Assembly: GCA_001595915.1 (NCBI GenBank)
Contig: LSSG01000032.1
Span: 23,142-87,141 of the forward strand
DNA: 64,000 nt
Reading direction: 5' to 3'
DNA from: Thermoplasmatales archaeon SG8-52-3
GTDB lineage: Archaea > Thermoplasmatota > E2 > DHVEG-1
The position numbers were made by a program, and so were the translations under genes. The notes beneath the pieces were generated by a model. The model did not search any database. It was not told the origin of the DNA and worked only from the letters and a program-made list of their open reading frames with translations. Shown one piece after another: positions 53,631 through 63,425 of this stretch; the stretch's first letter is position 1, and each line of letters opens with the position of its first letter.

Positions 53631-54899
53631 TCATAAGAGGTAATCTCTTGCCTCTCCTACTGTATAAAGAGACCCTGTTATACATATAAGGTCGTTATTT
53701 TCTGAAATTTTTTTTGCATGTTCTATTGCATCATTTATTCTTTCTTTTACAATAACTTTCTTAATACCAATCATATCTTTCAACAATAAAGGATTAAATG
53801 CTCTTTTATTCTGTGATTTGGTTACAATAATTATATCAGAGATAGGTGTTATTATATCTAAAATTTCTTGAATTTTCTTATCTGATAGAATGCCAATAAT
53901 AATTATTAACCTATTATAAATAAAATCTTCTTCTAATGTTCTTCTCAAAAGATTCATACCTGCAATATTGTGAGCTCCGTCAAGAAGTATTATTGGTTTA
54001 AGACCAATAATTTCCATTCTTCCAGGATTTTTTGTCCTTAAAAATGCTTCAATTATACTATCATCAGTTATGTAAACACCATTCATTTGAAGTGATTCAA
54101 TAGAAGCAATTGAAAGAGCAACATTTTCCCCTAGATATTTTCCTATCATTGAGGTTTTTATGTTATATTCTTTTAAAGATCCATTTACTTTATAATCTTG
54201 ATAATCAAATCCACCTCCAATTTTTTTCCAGGAATTGTTATTAATTATGGTTATTATTGAATTATTTTCTAAGGCTATCTTTTTTATTACTTCAAGTGCT
54301 TTTCCAGTAGCAGCAGTAATTATTGGAATCCCTTTTTTTATAATACCTGCTTTTTGAAAAGAAATATCCTCGATTTTATCACCAAGTATATTTTGGTGTT
54401 CAAATGTTACATTTGTAATTATTGTAAGTATTGGATTAACAATATTTGTAGCATCATATCGACCTCCTAAACCTACCTCAATTATTGCATAATCTACATT
54501 TTTTATCTTAAAATATTCAAAAGCCAAAGCTGTAACAATCTCAAAATATGTAGGAGTATTATTTTCATTTATCATCTCATTAATTATGGGTTTTATTTTT
54601 ACTAAAATTTTTACAATTTCCTTTTTTGAAATCTCTAAATTATTTACAATAAAACGCTCTGAAAACCTTTGAAGATGGGGTGAAGTGTAGGTTCCAACTT
54701 TATATCCATTATTGAAAAGAGTGGATTCTAAAAACCTACAAACAGAACCCTTTCCATTTGTTCCACCAACATGAATAATTTTGTAGTTATTTTGTGGATT
54801 ACCAAGTTTTTTACATATATGTGAAATTCTATCTAATCCTAGCTTAATTCCAAATTTTTCAAAAGAATCAATCCAATCAATACATTCTTTATAATTCAT
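53631..54899 (-). CDS. folC: Folylpolyglutamate synthase / dihydrofolate synthase
   Basis: 422 aa with the Mur-ligase P-loop HVGGTNGKGS and a FolC-type layout. Confidence 0.85.
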   Translation of the reverse strand: MNYKECIDWIDSFEKFGIKLGLDRISHICKKLGNPQNNYKIIHVGGTNGKGSVCRFLESTLFNNGYKVGTYTSPHLQRFSERFIVNNLEISKKEIVKILVKIKPIINEMINENNTPTYFEIVTALAFEYFKIKNVDYAIIEVGLGGRYDATNIVNPILTIITNVTFEHQNILGDKIEDISFQKAGIIKKGIPIITAATGKALEVIKKIALENNSIITIINNNSWKKIGGGFDYQDYKVNGSLKEYNIKTSMIGKYLGENVALSIASIESLQMNGVYITDDSIIEAFLRTKNPGRMEIIGLKPIILLDGAHNIAGMNLLRRTLEEDFIYNRLIIIIGILSDKKIQEILDIITPISDIIIVTKSQNKRAFNPLLLKDMIGIKKVIVKERINDAIEHAKKISENNDLICITGSLYTVGEARDYLL

Positions 54900-54905
54900 A
54901 AATCG

Positions 54906-55571
54906 CTAATATCCTTCAGAATAGAGCACATTTGGTAAAATTTTGTATTTATCCTTCCAACTATCTCCTTTTTTTATAATAACTCTTCTTCCATTGATTT
55001 TAAGACGTTTTTGAGCAAATAAATCAACTGTTCTAGGTAGAATTTGGTGTTCAACTTCAAGGATTCGATTAGCGAGTTTGTCCCTATCATCACCAGGCAT
55101 AATTTTTACAGCAGCTTGTAAAATTATTGGACCATGATCCATTTTTTCATCCATGAAATGAGTAGTACAACCCGATATCTTAACACCATAATTTATTGCA
55201 TCTAATTGGCCACTAACACCCTTAAATGATGGTAAAATTGCTGGATGAATATTGATTAATTTTCCATACCATTTTTTTACAAAACAGGAGCTTAGTATTT
55301 TCATATAACCTGCTCCAACAACTAGTTCAATTTTATTTTCCTCAAGTATTTTATTGATTTCCTTATCAAATTCCTCTTTTTCTTTTGGGTTAATATAAAA
55401 ACTTTTTATTTTATGTTTTTTTGCTCTTTCAAGTGCATATGCATCCTTGCAATCGCTTATTACAACTATAATCTCTGCTTCGATCATTTTTTTTTCGGAA
55501 GCATCGATAATACTTTGAAGATCAGTTCCTCCTCCAGATGCTAAAACACCAACTCTTAGTTTTTTAACCAT
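54906..55571 (-). CDS. purN: Phosphoribosylglycinamide formyltransferase
   Basis: 221 aa with VLASGGGTDLQSII, INIHPAILPSFKG and GCTTHFMDEKMDHGPIILQ. Confidence 0.9.
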   Translation of the reverse strand: MVKKLRVGVLASGGGTDLQSIIDASEKKMIEAEIIVVISDCKDAYALERAKKHKIKSFYINPKEKEEFDKEINKILEENKIELVVGAGYMKILSSCFVKKWYGKLINIHPAILPSFKGVSGQLDAINYGVKISGCTTHFMDEKMDHGPIILQAAVKIMPGDDRDKLANRILEVEHQILPRTVDLFAQKRLKINGRRVIIKKGDSWKDKYKILPNVLYSEGY

Positions 55572-55597
55572 TTACCCTCGTCCCTTAATAATGGATT

Positions 55598-56704
55598 TTA
55601 TTTATACACTTTTTCTATCTCTGATATTGTAGCATTTGTCTTAAATCCTGTAGAATTAAAATGGGTTCTATAAACAATATATCCTTTTTGTTTTAACCTT
55701 TCAAAAACCACCTCCATTTTAGGAGGGGATTTTTTTAATAGAGATGCCATTTTATCTGTTGTATAGAAGAAATTAGGTGCATCTGCTTCTTCTTCTAATA
55801 AATCTAATAATTTCCATAATTCCTTTTTAGTGTTTAACTTCCTTTCAAAAAGCATTGTTATTAGTTTAGTTATAATTTTTTTATTTTCAAGCTTACCAGT
55901 CCAAAGAGGGCCAATATCTATATTTTCATTTTTTGGAGAAAAAAGATTTTTAGATTTAATAATTTTAAAATTTTTCATCGAATCATTTGCTCTACCTGTT
56001 CCATTCAAGATTTGAACATATATTCTAAAATAATGATCTGTACAATAGCATACCAAGGGTTTGATACTTTTATCATATTTACCTGCTTCTCTACAGATTA
56101 ACCCAAGAAGTATACGCAGTCCGATTTCTTTCATTACAATAGAGTGATATGAAATTGCGCCATATCTACGTAAGCAGACCTTAGGATACGTGCCACAAAG
56201 AGCAGCAGTATCAGTTGCTGTGCAAGCAATAATTCCCTCGTTACAAATACTTCGAATTGCTGAATCAATAAAATAAACAGGTGACCCAAAAGGATCTATA
56301 TCTATGTAATCATATTTGTTATCTGAAAGTAAAGAATTTAGATTTCTATTAAAAGCAACAATATTTTTTAGATTTAAATTTTTAATATTTTTTTTTGCTA
56401 AATCATACGCTTTAGGATTCCAATCATTAACAATTATATTAAATTCTCCACAAACCTCATTAGCAATTCTCAGACCACGAATTCCAGAGGCAGCTAGACC
56501 GTCTAATATATTTAGTTTTTTTTTACTATTATCTATAAGCCATTGACAAATAAGTATTGATAAATCTCTATTTAGTTCCATAGCAGGATTATAAAAAGGA
56601 AAATCATCCTTTAATCCTGGACCTTTTTTTGATTTTTTACTTTTATAAACTAAAATATTAGTGCCACCTTCAACAACATTTTCAATTAATTGATTTTTAT
56701 TCAT
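55598..56704 (-). CDS. trm1: tRNA (guanine(26)-N2)-dimethyltransferase
   Basis: 368 aa with FYNPAMELNRDLS, LDGLAASGIRGLR and DIDPFGSP. Confidence 0.88.
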   Translation of the reverse strand: MNKNQLIENVVEGGTNILVYKSKKSKKGPGLKDDFPFYNPAMELNRDLSILICQWLIDNSKKKLNILDGLAASGIRGLRIANEVCGEFNIIVNDWNPKAYDLAKKNIKNLNLKNIVAFNRNLNSLLSDNKYDYIDIDPFGSPVYFIDSAIRSICNEGIIACTATDTAALCGTYPKVCLRRYGAISYHSIVMKEIGLRILLGLICREAGKYDKSIKPLVCYCTDHYFRIYVQILNGTGRANDSMKNFKIIKSKNLFSPKNENIDIGPLWTGKLENKKIITKLITMLFERKLNTKKELWKLLDLLEEEADAPNFFYTTDKMASLLKKSPPKMEVVFERLKQKGYIVYRTHFNSTGFKTNATISEIEKVYK

Positions 56705-56706
56705 AT

Positions 56707-57276
56707 TTAAAATAAGGGTGGTAATTTTTCTTCCATTATCTTTTCTATTTTATAAGGAAGCAAATTACGGTTAACTGGTGTAACTTCTAAAATTCTAATA
56801 TCATCACGACGGCGAACATCCTGTAGAAGCGGAGTTCTTGATTTCTTGTGAAGTGTAACCATTATTGGTTTATCGGAGTCCAAAGCTTCGATAACCATCA
56901 TACAAAACTTTTCAGAAAGCATCTCCATTTTTCCAATTTCGTCAATGACAATGATATTAACATTTTCATCAACAATAGCGTTTTCTATAGCAGGTACACC
57001 GATTCTTTCTAATGCGCCAATATCTACACCATACTTTCCAACTTTTTCTTTCATATCATAATCAAGGTGAGCAAAAACTTCACGTTCTTTAGTTTGCCAA
57101 TTTGTTACATAAAAACCGACACGTTTTTTCTTCTCAATAATTGGTTCAGTTAACATCCCTTGAACTGTATAACCATGTTCTTCAAGAGATTTTATTATTT
57201 TTAAAAGTGTATCGGTTTTACCAACATTAGGCATTCCAGTGATACCAATCTTTGGTATATCGTCCATAAATAGCAA
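56707..57276 (-). CDS. THEP1-type nucleoside-triphosphatase (NTPase_1 family)
   Basis: 189 aa with the P-loop ITGMPNVGKTD and Walker B region IIVIDEIGKMEM. Confidence 0.7.
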   Translation of the reverse strand: MLFMDDIPKIGITGMPNVGKTDTLLKIIKSLEEHGYTVQGMLTEPIIEKKKRVGFYVTNWQTKEREVFAHLDYDMKEKVGKYGVDIGALERIGVPAIENAIVDENVNIIVIDEIGKMEMLSEKFCMMVIEALDSDKPIMVTLHKKSRTPLLQDVRRRDDIRILEVTPVNRNLLPYKIEKIMEEKLPPLF

Positions 57277-57365
57277 TAGGTAATGTGTTTTCTACGGTTA
57301 AATATTTCTACTTTTAAAAAAAGCTATAAAAAAAGAAGAAAGTAGAAAAAATATTAAGAAAATTT

Positions 57366-58037
57366 TTGGATTTCTTTATTTTTATATACTTTATTTCAAA
57401 TACTAAATCTGAGTTATTAATGAAAAATAAAAAAGAAAAAATCAGAAAATATCTAATATTATTTTTTGCAAATTATGTTATTAGATATTACCAATATATT
57501 CATCATTTAGTAATTCCTTATTTTAAAAAAGAAAATAATCCTAAGATTTTTTGTATCGGTTATGTAAAAACCGGAACTACTTCTTTGTACAAGGCATTGT
57601 CAATACTTGGTTATAGATCAGTCAAAATGCTGAGAGGTTGTGTAAAACCAAAGGAAGGATGGATTAAATATATTAAAAGTTGTAAATATGATGCTTATAC
57701 TGATTATCCAATGTTTGTAGATAATTTTTTTAAAGAGATCGATAAAGCATATCCAAATAGTAAATTTATTCTAACAATAAGAGACATTAATTCTTGGTTA
57801 AAAAGTTATACAAATTATTATTTTGTGTCTTCAGATTTATCAAAAAATGAAGGAAAACAAAAACTAAATGAGCATAATAAAAAAGTAATCGCATATTTTA
57901 AAGATAAACCATCTAAATTATTAGTAATGAATATTATAGATGGAGATGGATGGGAAAAACTATGTAAATTTTTAAATAAACCCGTTCCAAATAAACCATT
58001 TCCTCATAAAAATATTGGAAAATACAAAAAATTTTGA
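57366..58037 (+). CDS. Sulfotransferase-family protein
   Basis: The start is likely ATG 57420. It has the PAPS 5'-phosphosulfate-binding-loop-like segment GYVKTGTTSL and RDINSWLKS. Confidence 0.55.
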   Translation: MDFFIFIYFISNTKSELLMKNKKEKIRKYLILFFANYVIRYYQYIHHLVIPYFKKENNPKIFCIGYVKTGTTSLYKALSILGYRSVKMLRGCVKPKEGWIKYIKSCKYDAYTDYPMFVDNFFKEIDKAYPNSKFILTIRDINSWLKSYTNYYFVSSDLSKNEGKQKLNEHNKKVIAYFKDKPSKLLVMNIIDGDGWEKLCKFLNKPVPNKPFPHKNIGKYKKF

Positions 58038-58039
58038 AA

Positions 58040-58750
58040 TTATTTTATTGTATTTTTAGTAAATATTTTTCTATAAATAGGTCCACCTAATGAATAAATA
58101 ACAATAGCTATTATTAGAAAAATTGGAGCAAAACCATAAAACTCTTTTCCTAAAATTATAGTCAAAATAATAAGAGCTGCAGCTGTAGCATTAACTTTTA
58201 AAGAGGGTTTAGGGAACTTAATATTTGTAATCATTGCTATTGAGATTAAAAAAATTGCTAATAATATTAAGAAAAAATTATTTTCAAAATATGAAAGTAT
58301 TATTAATATGATAGTGCTAGCTGATGCAGGAAGACCAAGAAAGAATTTTTTATTTTTCATTTTATGAAAAGAAGAAAGTCTAACTGCTCCAAGTAATAGA
58401 AATAAAACAAGAGCTATCAATAGATAAATATGATTATAAATGCTAGATAATAAAAAATCATGGTAAACAAAGTAAATAAAAATCGCAGGAGCAATAATTA
58501 GTGATGTCATATCTGAAATTGATTCTAAATATTCTCCAATCTCACTAATTCTTGTTTTTCTTGCAATAACACCATCTAAACCGTCTGCAAGAAGAGCAAG
58601 TAGTATAAGCGAAAAGGATACTCTAATCTTCAATTCCTCATTTGGAATTAAATCTGAAAATAAGATAAGAATAGCAAGAAAACCAAAAATTGCATTTGTA
58701 AGTGAAATTAAATCGGCAAGTGAAATTAGTTTAATCATTGATTTTTGCAA
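58040..58750 (-). CDS. pssA: CDP-alcohol phosphatidyltransferase, archaetidylserine-synthase-like
   Basis: 236 aa with about 6 TM helices and the CDP-alcohol motif DGLDGVIARKTRISEIGEYLESISDMTS (DGx2ARx8Gx3Dx3D). Confidence 0.8.
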   Translation of the reverse strand: MQKSMIKLISLADLISLTNAIFGFLAILILFSDLIPNEELKIRVSFSLILLALLADGLDGVIARKTRISEIGEYLESISDMTSLIIAPAIFIYFVYHDFLLSSIYNHIYLLIALVLFLLLGAVRLSSFHKMKNKKFFLGLPASASTIILIILSYFENNFFLILLAIFLISIAMITNIKFPKPSLKVNATAAALIILTIILGKEFYGFAPIFLIIAIVIYSLGGPIYRKIFTKNTIK

Positions 58751-59381
58751 TTGTCTTCTCCCCTGCCTTTACCATTTCTCCTCTTTTAACTAAGATTTTT
58801 TTTATTTTTTTTATTGGTAAATACACATCTACCCTAGAACCAAATTTTATTATTCCTATCTTTTCACCCTTTTTCACCTTGTTTCCTTTTTCAATATATG
58901 GAACAATACGACGAGCTAATGTCCCTGCAATCTGTATTATTTTTATTAAGCCAATTTTTGTTTCAGCTATAATTATTACTCTTTCATTTTTTTCTGATTC
59001 TTTTTTAAATGCAGGAAGATGAAATCCAGATTTATGAACAATATTTTTAATATTACCATCCATGGGCATTCGATTAACATGAACATTATATACATTCATA
59101 AATGTAGAAATTCTGGTACATTCTCCAACATCGCTATCTTTTAAGTTGCAGGTTTCTCTAATTCTTCCATCAGCACATGCAACAATATCTGGTCCGATAA
59201 ACCTGTCAGGATCTCTGAAAAAGATTATCATAAGAATTGTTATTAGAAAAGTAATCAATGATAAAAAAAGAAATATCGCACTAGTAACCTTATCTGTGAT
59301 AAAAATAAATAAGATTAAAAAAAAGATAAATAGAATAAAAGGACTAAGAATCCAAAACTTTGAACCTTTAGCAATATTCAT
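58731..59381 (-). CDS. psd: Phosphatidyl/archaetidylserine decarboxylase-related proenzyme (short type)
   Basis: 216 aa with an N-terminal membrane anchor and the self-cleavage-site region IIKFGSRVDVYLP (GS motif). It overlaps pssA. Confidence 0.75.
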   Translation of the reverse strand: MNIAKGSKFWILSPFILFIFFLILFIFITDKVTSAIFLFLSLITFLITILMIIFFRDPDRFIGPDIVACADGRIRETCNLKDSDVGECTRISTFMNVYNVHVNRMPMDGNIKNIVHKSGFHLPAFKKESEKNERVIIIAETKIGLIKIIQIAGTLARRIVPYIEKGNKVKKGEKIGIIKFGSRVDVYLPIKKIKKILVKRGEMVKAGEKTIAKIND

Positions 59382-59382
59382 A

Positions 59383-60312
59383 TTATATTTTTCTCCAAAC
59401 TTTTTCTAATAATCTTTCAAATGGTCCTTTTCTTTTGTAAAGGTCTGTAATACTTATTATTTCATCAAAAATCTCAGGAAGGATTTTAATGACTATGAAC
59501 AATAAGATAATCAATGCAATAAGGCTTCCTCCTTTTCCAATTATATTATGTGCTGTACTAAAAAATTCGGTACCATATTCACCTGTCAGATAAATTACAA
59601 GCGCATTTCTTATTAAATTCAAAAAGTATATTGGTAAAACTGTTACTAAAAGTCCATATGATTTCCTGGTTATACTTACATTTGAAAGTGGTAGTATCAT
59701 ACCAACAAAAAGTACTATTGACTGAACTGCTGTGCATGCAAATATTAGTGATATAACAGCTTCTTTGTAGCTAATGTATACTCCCTCTATAATCACTCCA
59801 CCTGTGAAAAAATTAAGTAGTCCTCCACTTTGAGAAGCAACAATTAATCTTAATTCCATTGCTAACGGTGTTAATTCAATACCAAAATAAATTATTCCAG
59901 CAATTGCTGCAACTCCGGCTGCCCAATTCAAACAATTTAATTCTTTAAATCCTTTTATTGATAACCATTCATGATAAGCTAAATAAAAAAGTATAAAAAC
60001 CCCAATAATTGCAATAAAAGCATTAACAAAGTCTCCGTCTTCACCAAAATAAAGTGTATTAGGTTGAGTAGACCAGTAAAATGCAAAAAGAAACCATCCT
60101 GATATTTTTATCGTACTGCTCAATTTTTTCTTTTTTATTAAAAATCCTATTAATAAAATTACTAGACTACTAAATAGAGGAATTGATAAAAAAAACTCAG
60201 TATCTTCTGATAAAGGATAATTAAATAAAAAAATTCCAAAAATTACAAGAATTAATGGAATTATAAAAAATAATGATGATATAATCTTATCTAAAGTATT
60301 AAATTTCTCCAT
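59383..60312 (-). CDS. Archaeosortase/exosortase-family polytopic membrane protein
   Basis: 309 aa with about 7-8 TM helices. The candidate catalytic Cys is in LIFACTAVQSIVLF (Cys193). Arg is in VLPIYFLNLIRNALVI (Arg235, 42 residues later) and His in STAHNIIGKGG, which is the Cys/Arg/His layout of archaeosortases. Its stop is 1 nt from the psd start. Confidence 0.6.
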   Translation of the reverse strand: MEKFNTLDKIISSLFFIIPLILVIFGIFLFNYPLSEDTEFFLSIPLFSSLVILLIGFLIKKKKLSSTIKISGWFLFAFYWSTQPNTLYFGEDGDFVNAFIAIIGVFILFYLAYHEWLSIKGFKELNCLNWAAGVAAIAGIIYFGIELTPLAMELRLIVASQSGGLLNFFTGGVIIEGVYISYKEAVISLIFACTAVQSIVLFVGMILPLSNVSITRKSYGLLVTVLPIYFLNLIRNALVIYLTGEYGTEFFSTAHNIIGKGGSLIALIILLFIVIKILPEIFDEIISITDLYKRKGPFERLLEKVWRKI

Positions 60313-60372
60313 AACTTAATCTAGCTCCCTTGAATGATAAAATCATTTAAGTTTGTTATGTTATTGATTTCT

Positions 60373-61461
60373 TTAGATAAAACCAAGTAACTCTGCTATC
60401 TTAGGCCACCCATAGCTCTCCATCATTGTTCCATCCCACATTATACATATCAACCCAACAAGAGCAATAAGTGTTAAAGGAACCCAATAAGTATATACTA
60501 TCTGATCAATTTTTAAACGTGCGACTGCAACTCGAATGAGGGTCACTGAAAATATTATTATTATAAGTATCTTAATCAGGAAGAATGTGAAATCTATTAT
60601 GTATGCAGGGTAGCTTTCTAAACCAAATAACGGTGATAGATTATATGGGAAAAACAATGCAACAATAATTGATGCCATAACTACTGTTTTTACAGCATCC
60701 GTAAGATAAAACATTGCCAGATTTCTACCTGAATATTCCACAAGTAAACCACCACCTATCTCGGTTTCAGCTTCTGGAGCATCAAAAGGAATTTTTGAAA
60801 GTTCAGCAGGAGTCACGACAATCAATACAATTAATAATAGTATCAATCCAATTAATCCAAGAGGACCAACTGCATTCCAAATTGGATTTGCTGTAATTGC
60901 TGTTAAGGTAAATGCATTTTCAACACCTAATCCACCTGCGGCAAAGCTACCTAATTTCCAAGCAACTGTTATTATTATTATTGCAAGAGGAAATTCATAA
61001 GCAATCATTGTTGCCATCTCTCTTTGTGCACCTACTGTTGCATATGGTGAACCAGAGGCAAAACCACCAATAACAAGAGCAAGTGATGGAATCATTAGAA
61101 GATATAATATTAAAATTAGATCACCAAATATGATTTCTCCCTCAACAGATGCCAATGGTTGAAAACCACCTATAGGAAGATAAAGAAGAATTGATATTGT
61201 ACCTACAAGACCAATGAGTGGCGCAAGGTTAAACACCCAGGGAACTGCATTTTCTGGAATTATATTTTCCTTTGTAAATAACTTTCCAACGTCTCTGAAT
61301 GGTTGACGTAATGGAGGTCCAATTCTACCTTGCATGTGTGCAGATATTTTTCTGTCTATACCTTTATATATTAGACCAAAGAAAATCCCAAAAAAAGCAA
61401 GAGCAACTGTACTAAGTATAATAATCATTACCGTTCTAATTATTTGTTCTAACTCAAGCAC
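60373..61461 (-). CDS. NuoH/HycD/MbhM-like membrane subunit (complex-I subunit-1 family)
   Basis: 362 aa. HMQGRIGPPLRQPFRDVGKLFTKE is the hallmark loop of NuoH-type subunits, and there are about 8 TM helices. Confidence 0.75.
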   Translation of the reverse strand: MLELEQIIRTVMIIILSTVALAFFGIFFGLIYKGIDRKISAHMQGRIGPPLRQPFRDVGKLFTKENIIPENAVPWVFNLAPLIGLVGTISILLYLPIGGFQPLASVEGEIIFGDLILILYLLMIPSLALVIGGFASGSPYATVGAQREMATMIAYEFPLAIIIITVAWKLGSFAAGGLGVENAFTLTAITANPIWNAVGPLGLIGLILLLIVLIVVTPAELSKIPFDAPEAETEIGGGLLVEYSGRNLAMFYLTDAVKTVVMASIIVALFFPYNLSPLFGLESYPAYIIDFTFFLIKILIIIIFSVTLIRVAVARLKIDQIVYTYWVPLTLIALVGLICIMWDGTMMESYGWPKIAELLGFI

Positions 61462-61818
61462 TTAGATCACCCCCAGTATTATAAAGAAAATTCCAAGTAT
61501 AATAACAAACCATAGGATGTAATCACTAACATTTCCCGTATGCATCTTTTCAAGTCCGTTATATAGCCATTTAAATGATTCCATAAATCCCCAGTATACA
61601 TTACTTGCCTTGACATGCATTTCTTCCTTTTCTAGCTCTGGATTTCCAGATAAAAAGACCTTTGTTTGTTCAGTTTGTTTTTTATATTCTTTTTTACCCC
61701 GACCACGAATAATATAAGCAATTAAAAGAGCAATAAAAATTATTATACCCCATATTAATGGATTCCAAAAACCACTATTGGTTGCTAATGTTCTTAGGAA
61801 ATCTTGAATCTCTATCAT
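61462..61818 (-). CDS. Small 2-TM membrane subunit at the position of MbhI
   Basis: 118 aa with an N- and a C-terminal TM helix joined by a long charged/amphipathic linker. There is no gap to the flanking subunit genes. Confidence 0.35.
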   Translation of the reverse strand: MIEIQDFLRTLATNSGFWNPLIWGIIIFIALLIAYIIRGRGKKEYKKQTEQTKVFLSGNPELEKEEMHVKASNVYWGFMESFKWLYNGLEKMHTGNVSDYILWFVIILGIFFIILGVI

Positions 61819-61820
61819 GG

Positions 61821-63425
61821 TTAAATTCCTCCTATAACATTACTTATATAATTCGAGTTATTAGTAAGGGCATTGACCGCTGGTTGTACAATGTAATTAA
61901 CAACCATATCTGGGAATAAACCAATAAATATTATTATAGTTGCAATAATTCCCATAGCAAGAAGCATGCTTTTTGGTACTTCCTTTACATTGTCAAATTT
62001 AGGTAATTTTGGCCCTAAAAATGCTGAATGAAATACTTTTACAAATACTGCAAGAAGAAGTATACTGCATAAAATGGCTATAATTGATAAGATAGGATTT
62101 ACTTGATAAGTGGATTCATAAATTATTAATTTGGAAGCAAAACCATTCATTGGTGGCATGCCTGAAACAGCAAGAAGACCTATCAAGAAAAATATTGTTG
62201 TGTATTTCATATTTCTTGCAAGACCTCCTAGTTGGTTTAATGATGTTTCCTTTGTTGCATAATAAATTGCTCCAGCTACGAGAAACAGAAGTCCAACATC
62301 AAGTGCATCGTTTAATATATGAAATACTCCACCTTTCAATGCCATCATTCCAGTTCCAGCATCGTTTGTTGAAAACACTGTTGTTAGAGCTGCACCAATT
62401 GCAAGAATCATATAGCCGATTTCAGCTACTGCTGCAAAGGCTATCATCCTTTTGAAATTGTTTTCTTTAAGAGCCATCAATACTCCAATAAATATTGTGA
62501 GAAGAGCAAGTCCAACAATAAATATCCCTAAAACTAGGTTAAGATCTATACTCACATCTCCAATTTGGTTCATGGTGGTTGTAAGCTTCCCTCCGTATAA
62601 TGTAAAAATCATTCTTAATGCACCATATAGGCTTGCTTGAGTAACACCTACTAATATTAGGGTAACTGATGCTGGAGCACGACCGTATGCATCCGGAAGC
62701 CACATATGCATAGGTACAATTCCTGCCTTCATTGCAAGACCTGAAATAAGAATTACAAGTGCTATTTTATCCAAGAATGAAAACTGGATTTTACTAGCTA
62801 GCACTGCCATATTTAATGCATTATATTGTCCATAAAGTATAGCAATTGCAAATAAAACAAAGAGAGCGCCAGTTGCACTTACTACAATATATTTAAACCC
62901 TGCATCAATAGCCTTTCCCTTATTTGTCCAAAATGCAATAAGAGCACAGGATGCAATTGATGTAATTTCAAGAAATACAAAGAAGTTGAACATATCACCA
63001 GTTAGAATCATACCATACATCCCTGCAATCATTAGAAGGTAAAGAGTATAGTATTTGTCAAGTCCAGTGTTTTCTTTCATAAAAGCCCAGGAATAAATTA
63101 CTCCTGCTATAGCTAAAATTGTGGCAATTAATGCCATGAAGATGTTTAGACCATCAACTTCAAAAAGAATTCTTATTGCAAAACCACCTTCTGTAATTGG
63201 TGCATTTCCACCAAATACATAGGTATGAATTTTTCCGCATACTAAATAAATGTCATTTGCCAGAAGTAGAACAATTGCACTAGTGAAAAGTACAATAAAA
63301 ATCACAAAAATATTTCTTAATTTATCATTTATTTTACTTACTAGTGGTGTTAGAAAAGCGCCAAGTAGAGGAATAGCAACTATTAATGCTGGGGAATGAA
63401 GAATTATATCATCAATTATGTTCAT
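61821..63425 (-). CDS. Mrp antiporter subunit D / MbhH / NuoN-like proton-conducting membrane subunit
   Basis: 534 aa with about 14 TM helices. It has the conserved layout of the NuoL/M/N-MnhD family (LEITSIASCALIAFW, MKAGIVPMHMWLPDAY). Confidence 0.8.
   Translation of the reverse strand: MNIIDDIILHSPALIVAIPLLGAFLTPLVSKINDKLRNIFVIFIVLFTSAIVLLLANDIYLVCGKIHTYVFGGNAPITEGGFAIRILFEVDGLNIFMALIATILAIAGVIYSWAFMKENTGLDKYYTLYLLMIAGMYGMILTGDMFNFFVFLEITSIASCALIAFWTNKGKAIDAGFKYIVVSATGALFVLFAIAILYGQYNALNMAVLASKIQFSFLDKIALVILISGLAMKAGIVPMHMWLPDAYGRAPASVTLILVGVTQASLYGALRMIFTLYGGKLTTTMNQIGDVSIDLNLVLGIFIVGLALLTIFIGVLMALKENNFKRMIAFAAVAEIGYMILAIGAALTTVFSTNDAGTGMMALKGGVFHILNDALDVGLLFLVAGAIYYATKETSLNQLGGLARNMKYTTIFFLIGLLAVSGMPPMNGFASKLIIYESTYQVNPILSIIAILCSILLLAVFVKVFHSAFLGPKLPKFDNVKEVPKSMLLAMGIIATIIIFIGLFPDMVVNYIVQPAVNALTNNSNYISNVIGGI

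Noticed and set aside
57277-57419. Inverted repeat tttctacttt / aaagtagaaa in the divergent spacer between the NTPase and sulfotransferase genes.
   Set aside because: It is a short (9-10 bp) AT-rich repeat in an A/T homopolymer-rich promoter region, and such matches are expected by chance at this composition.
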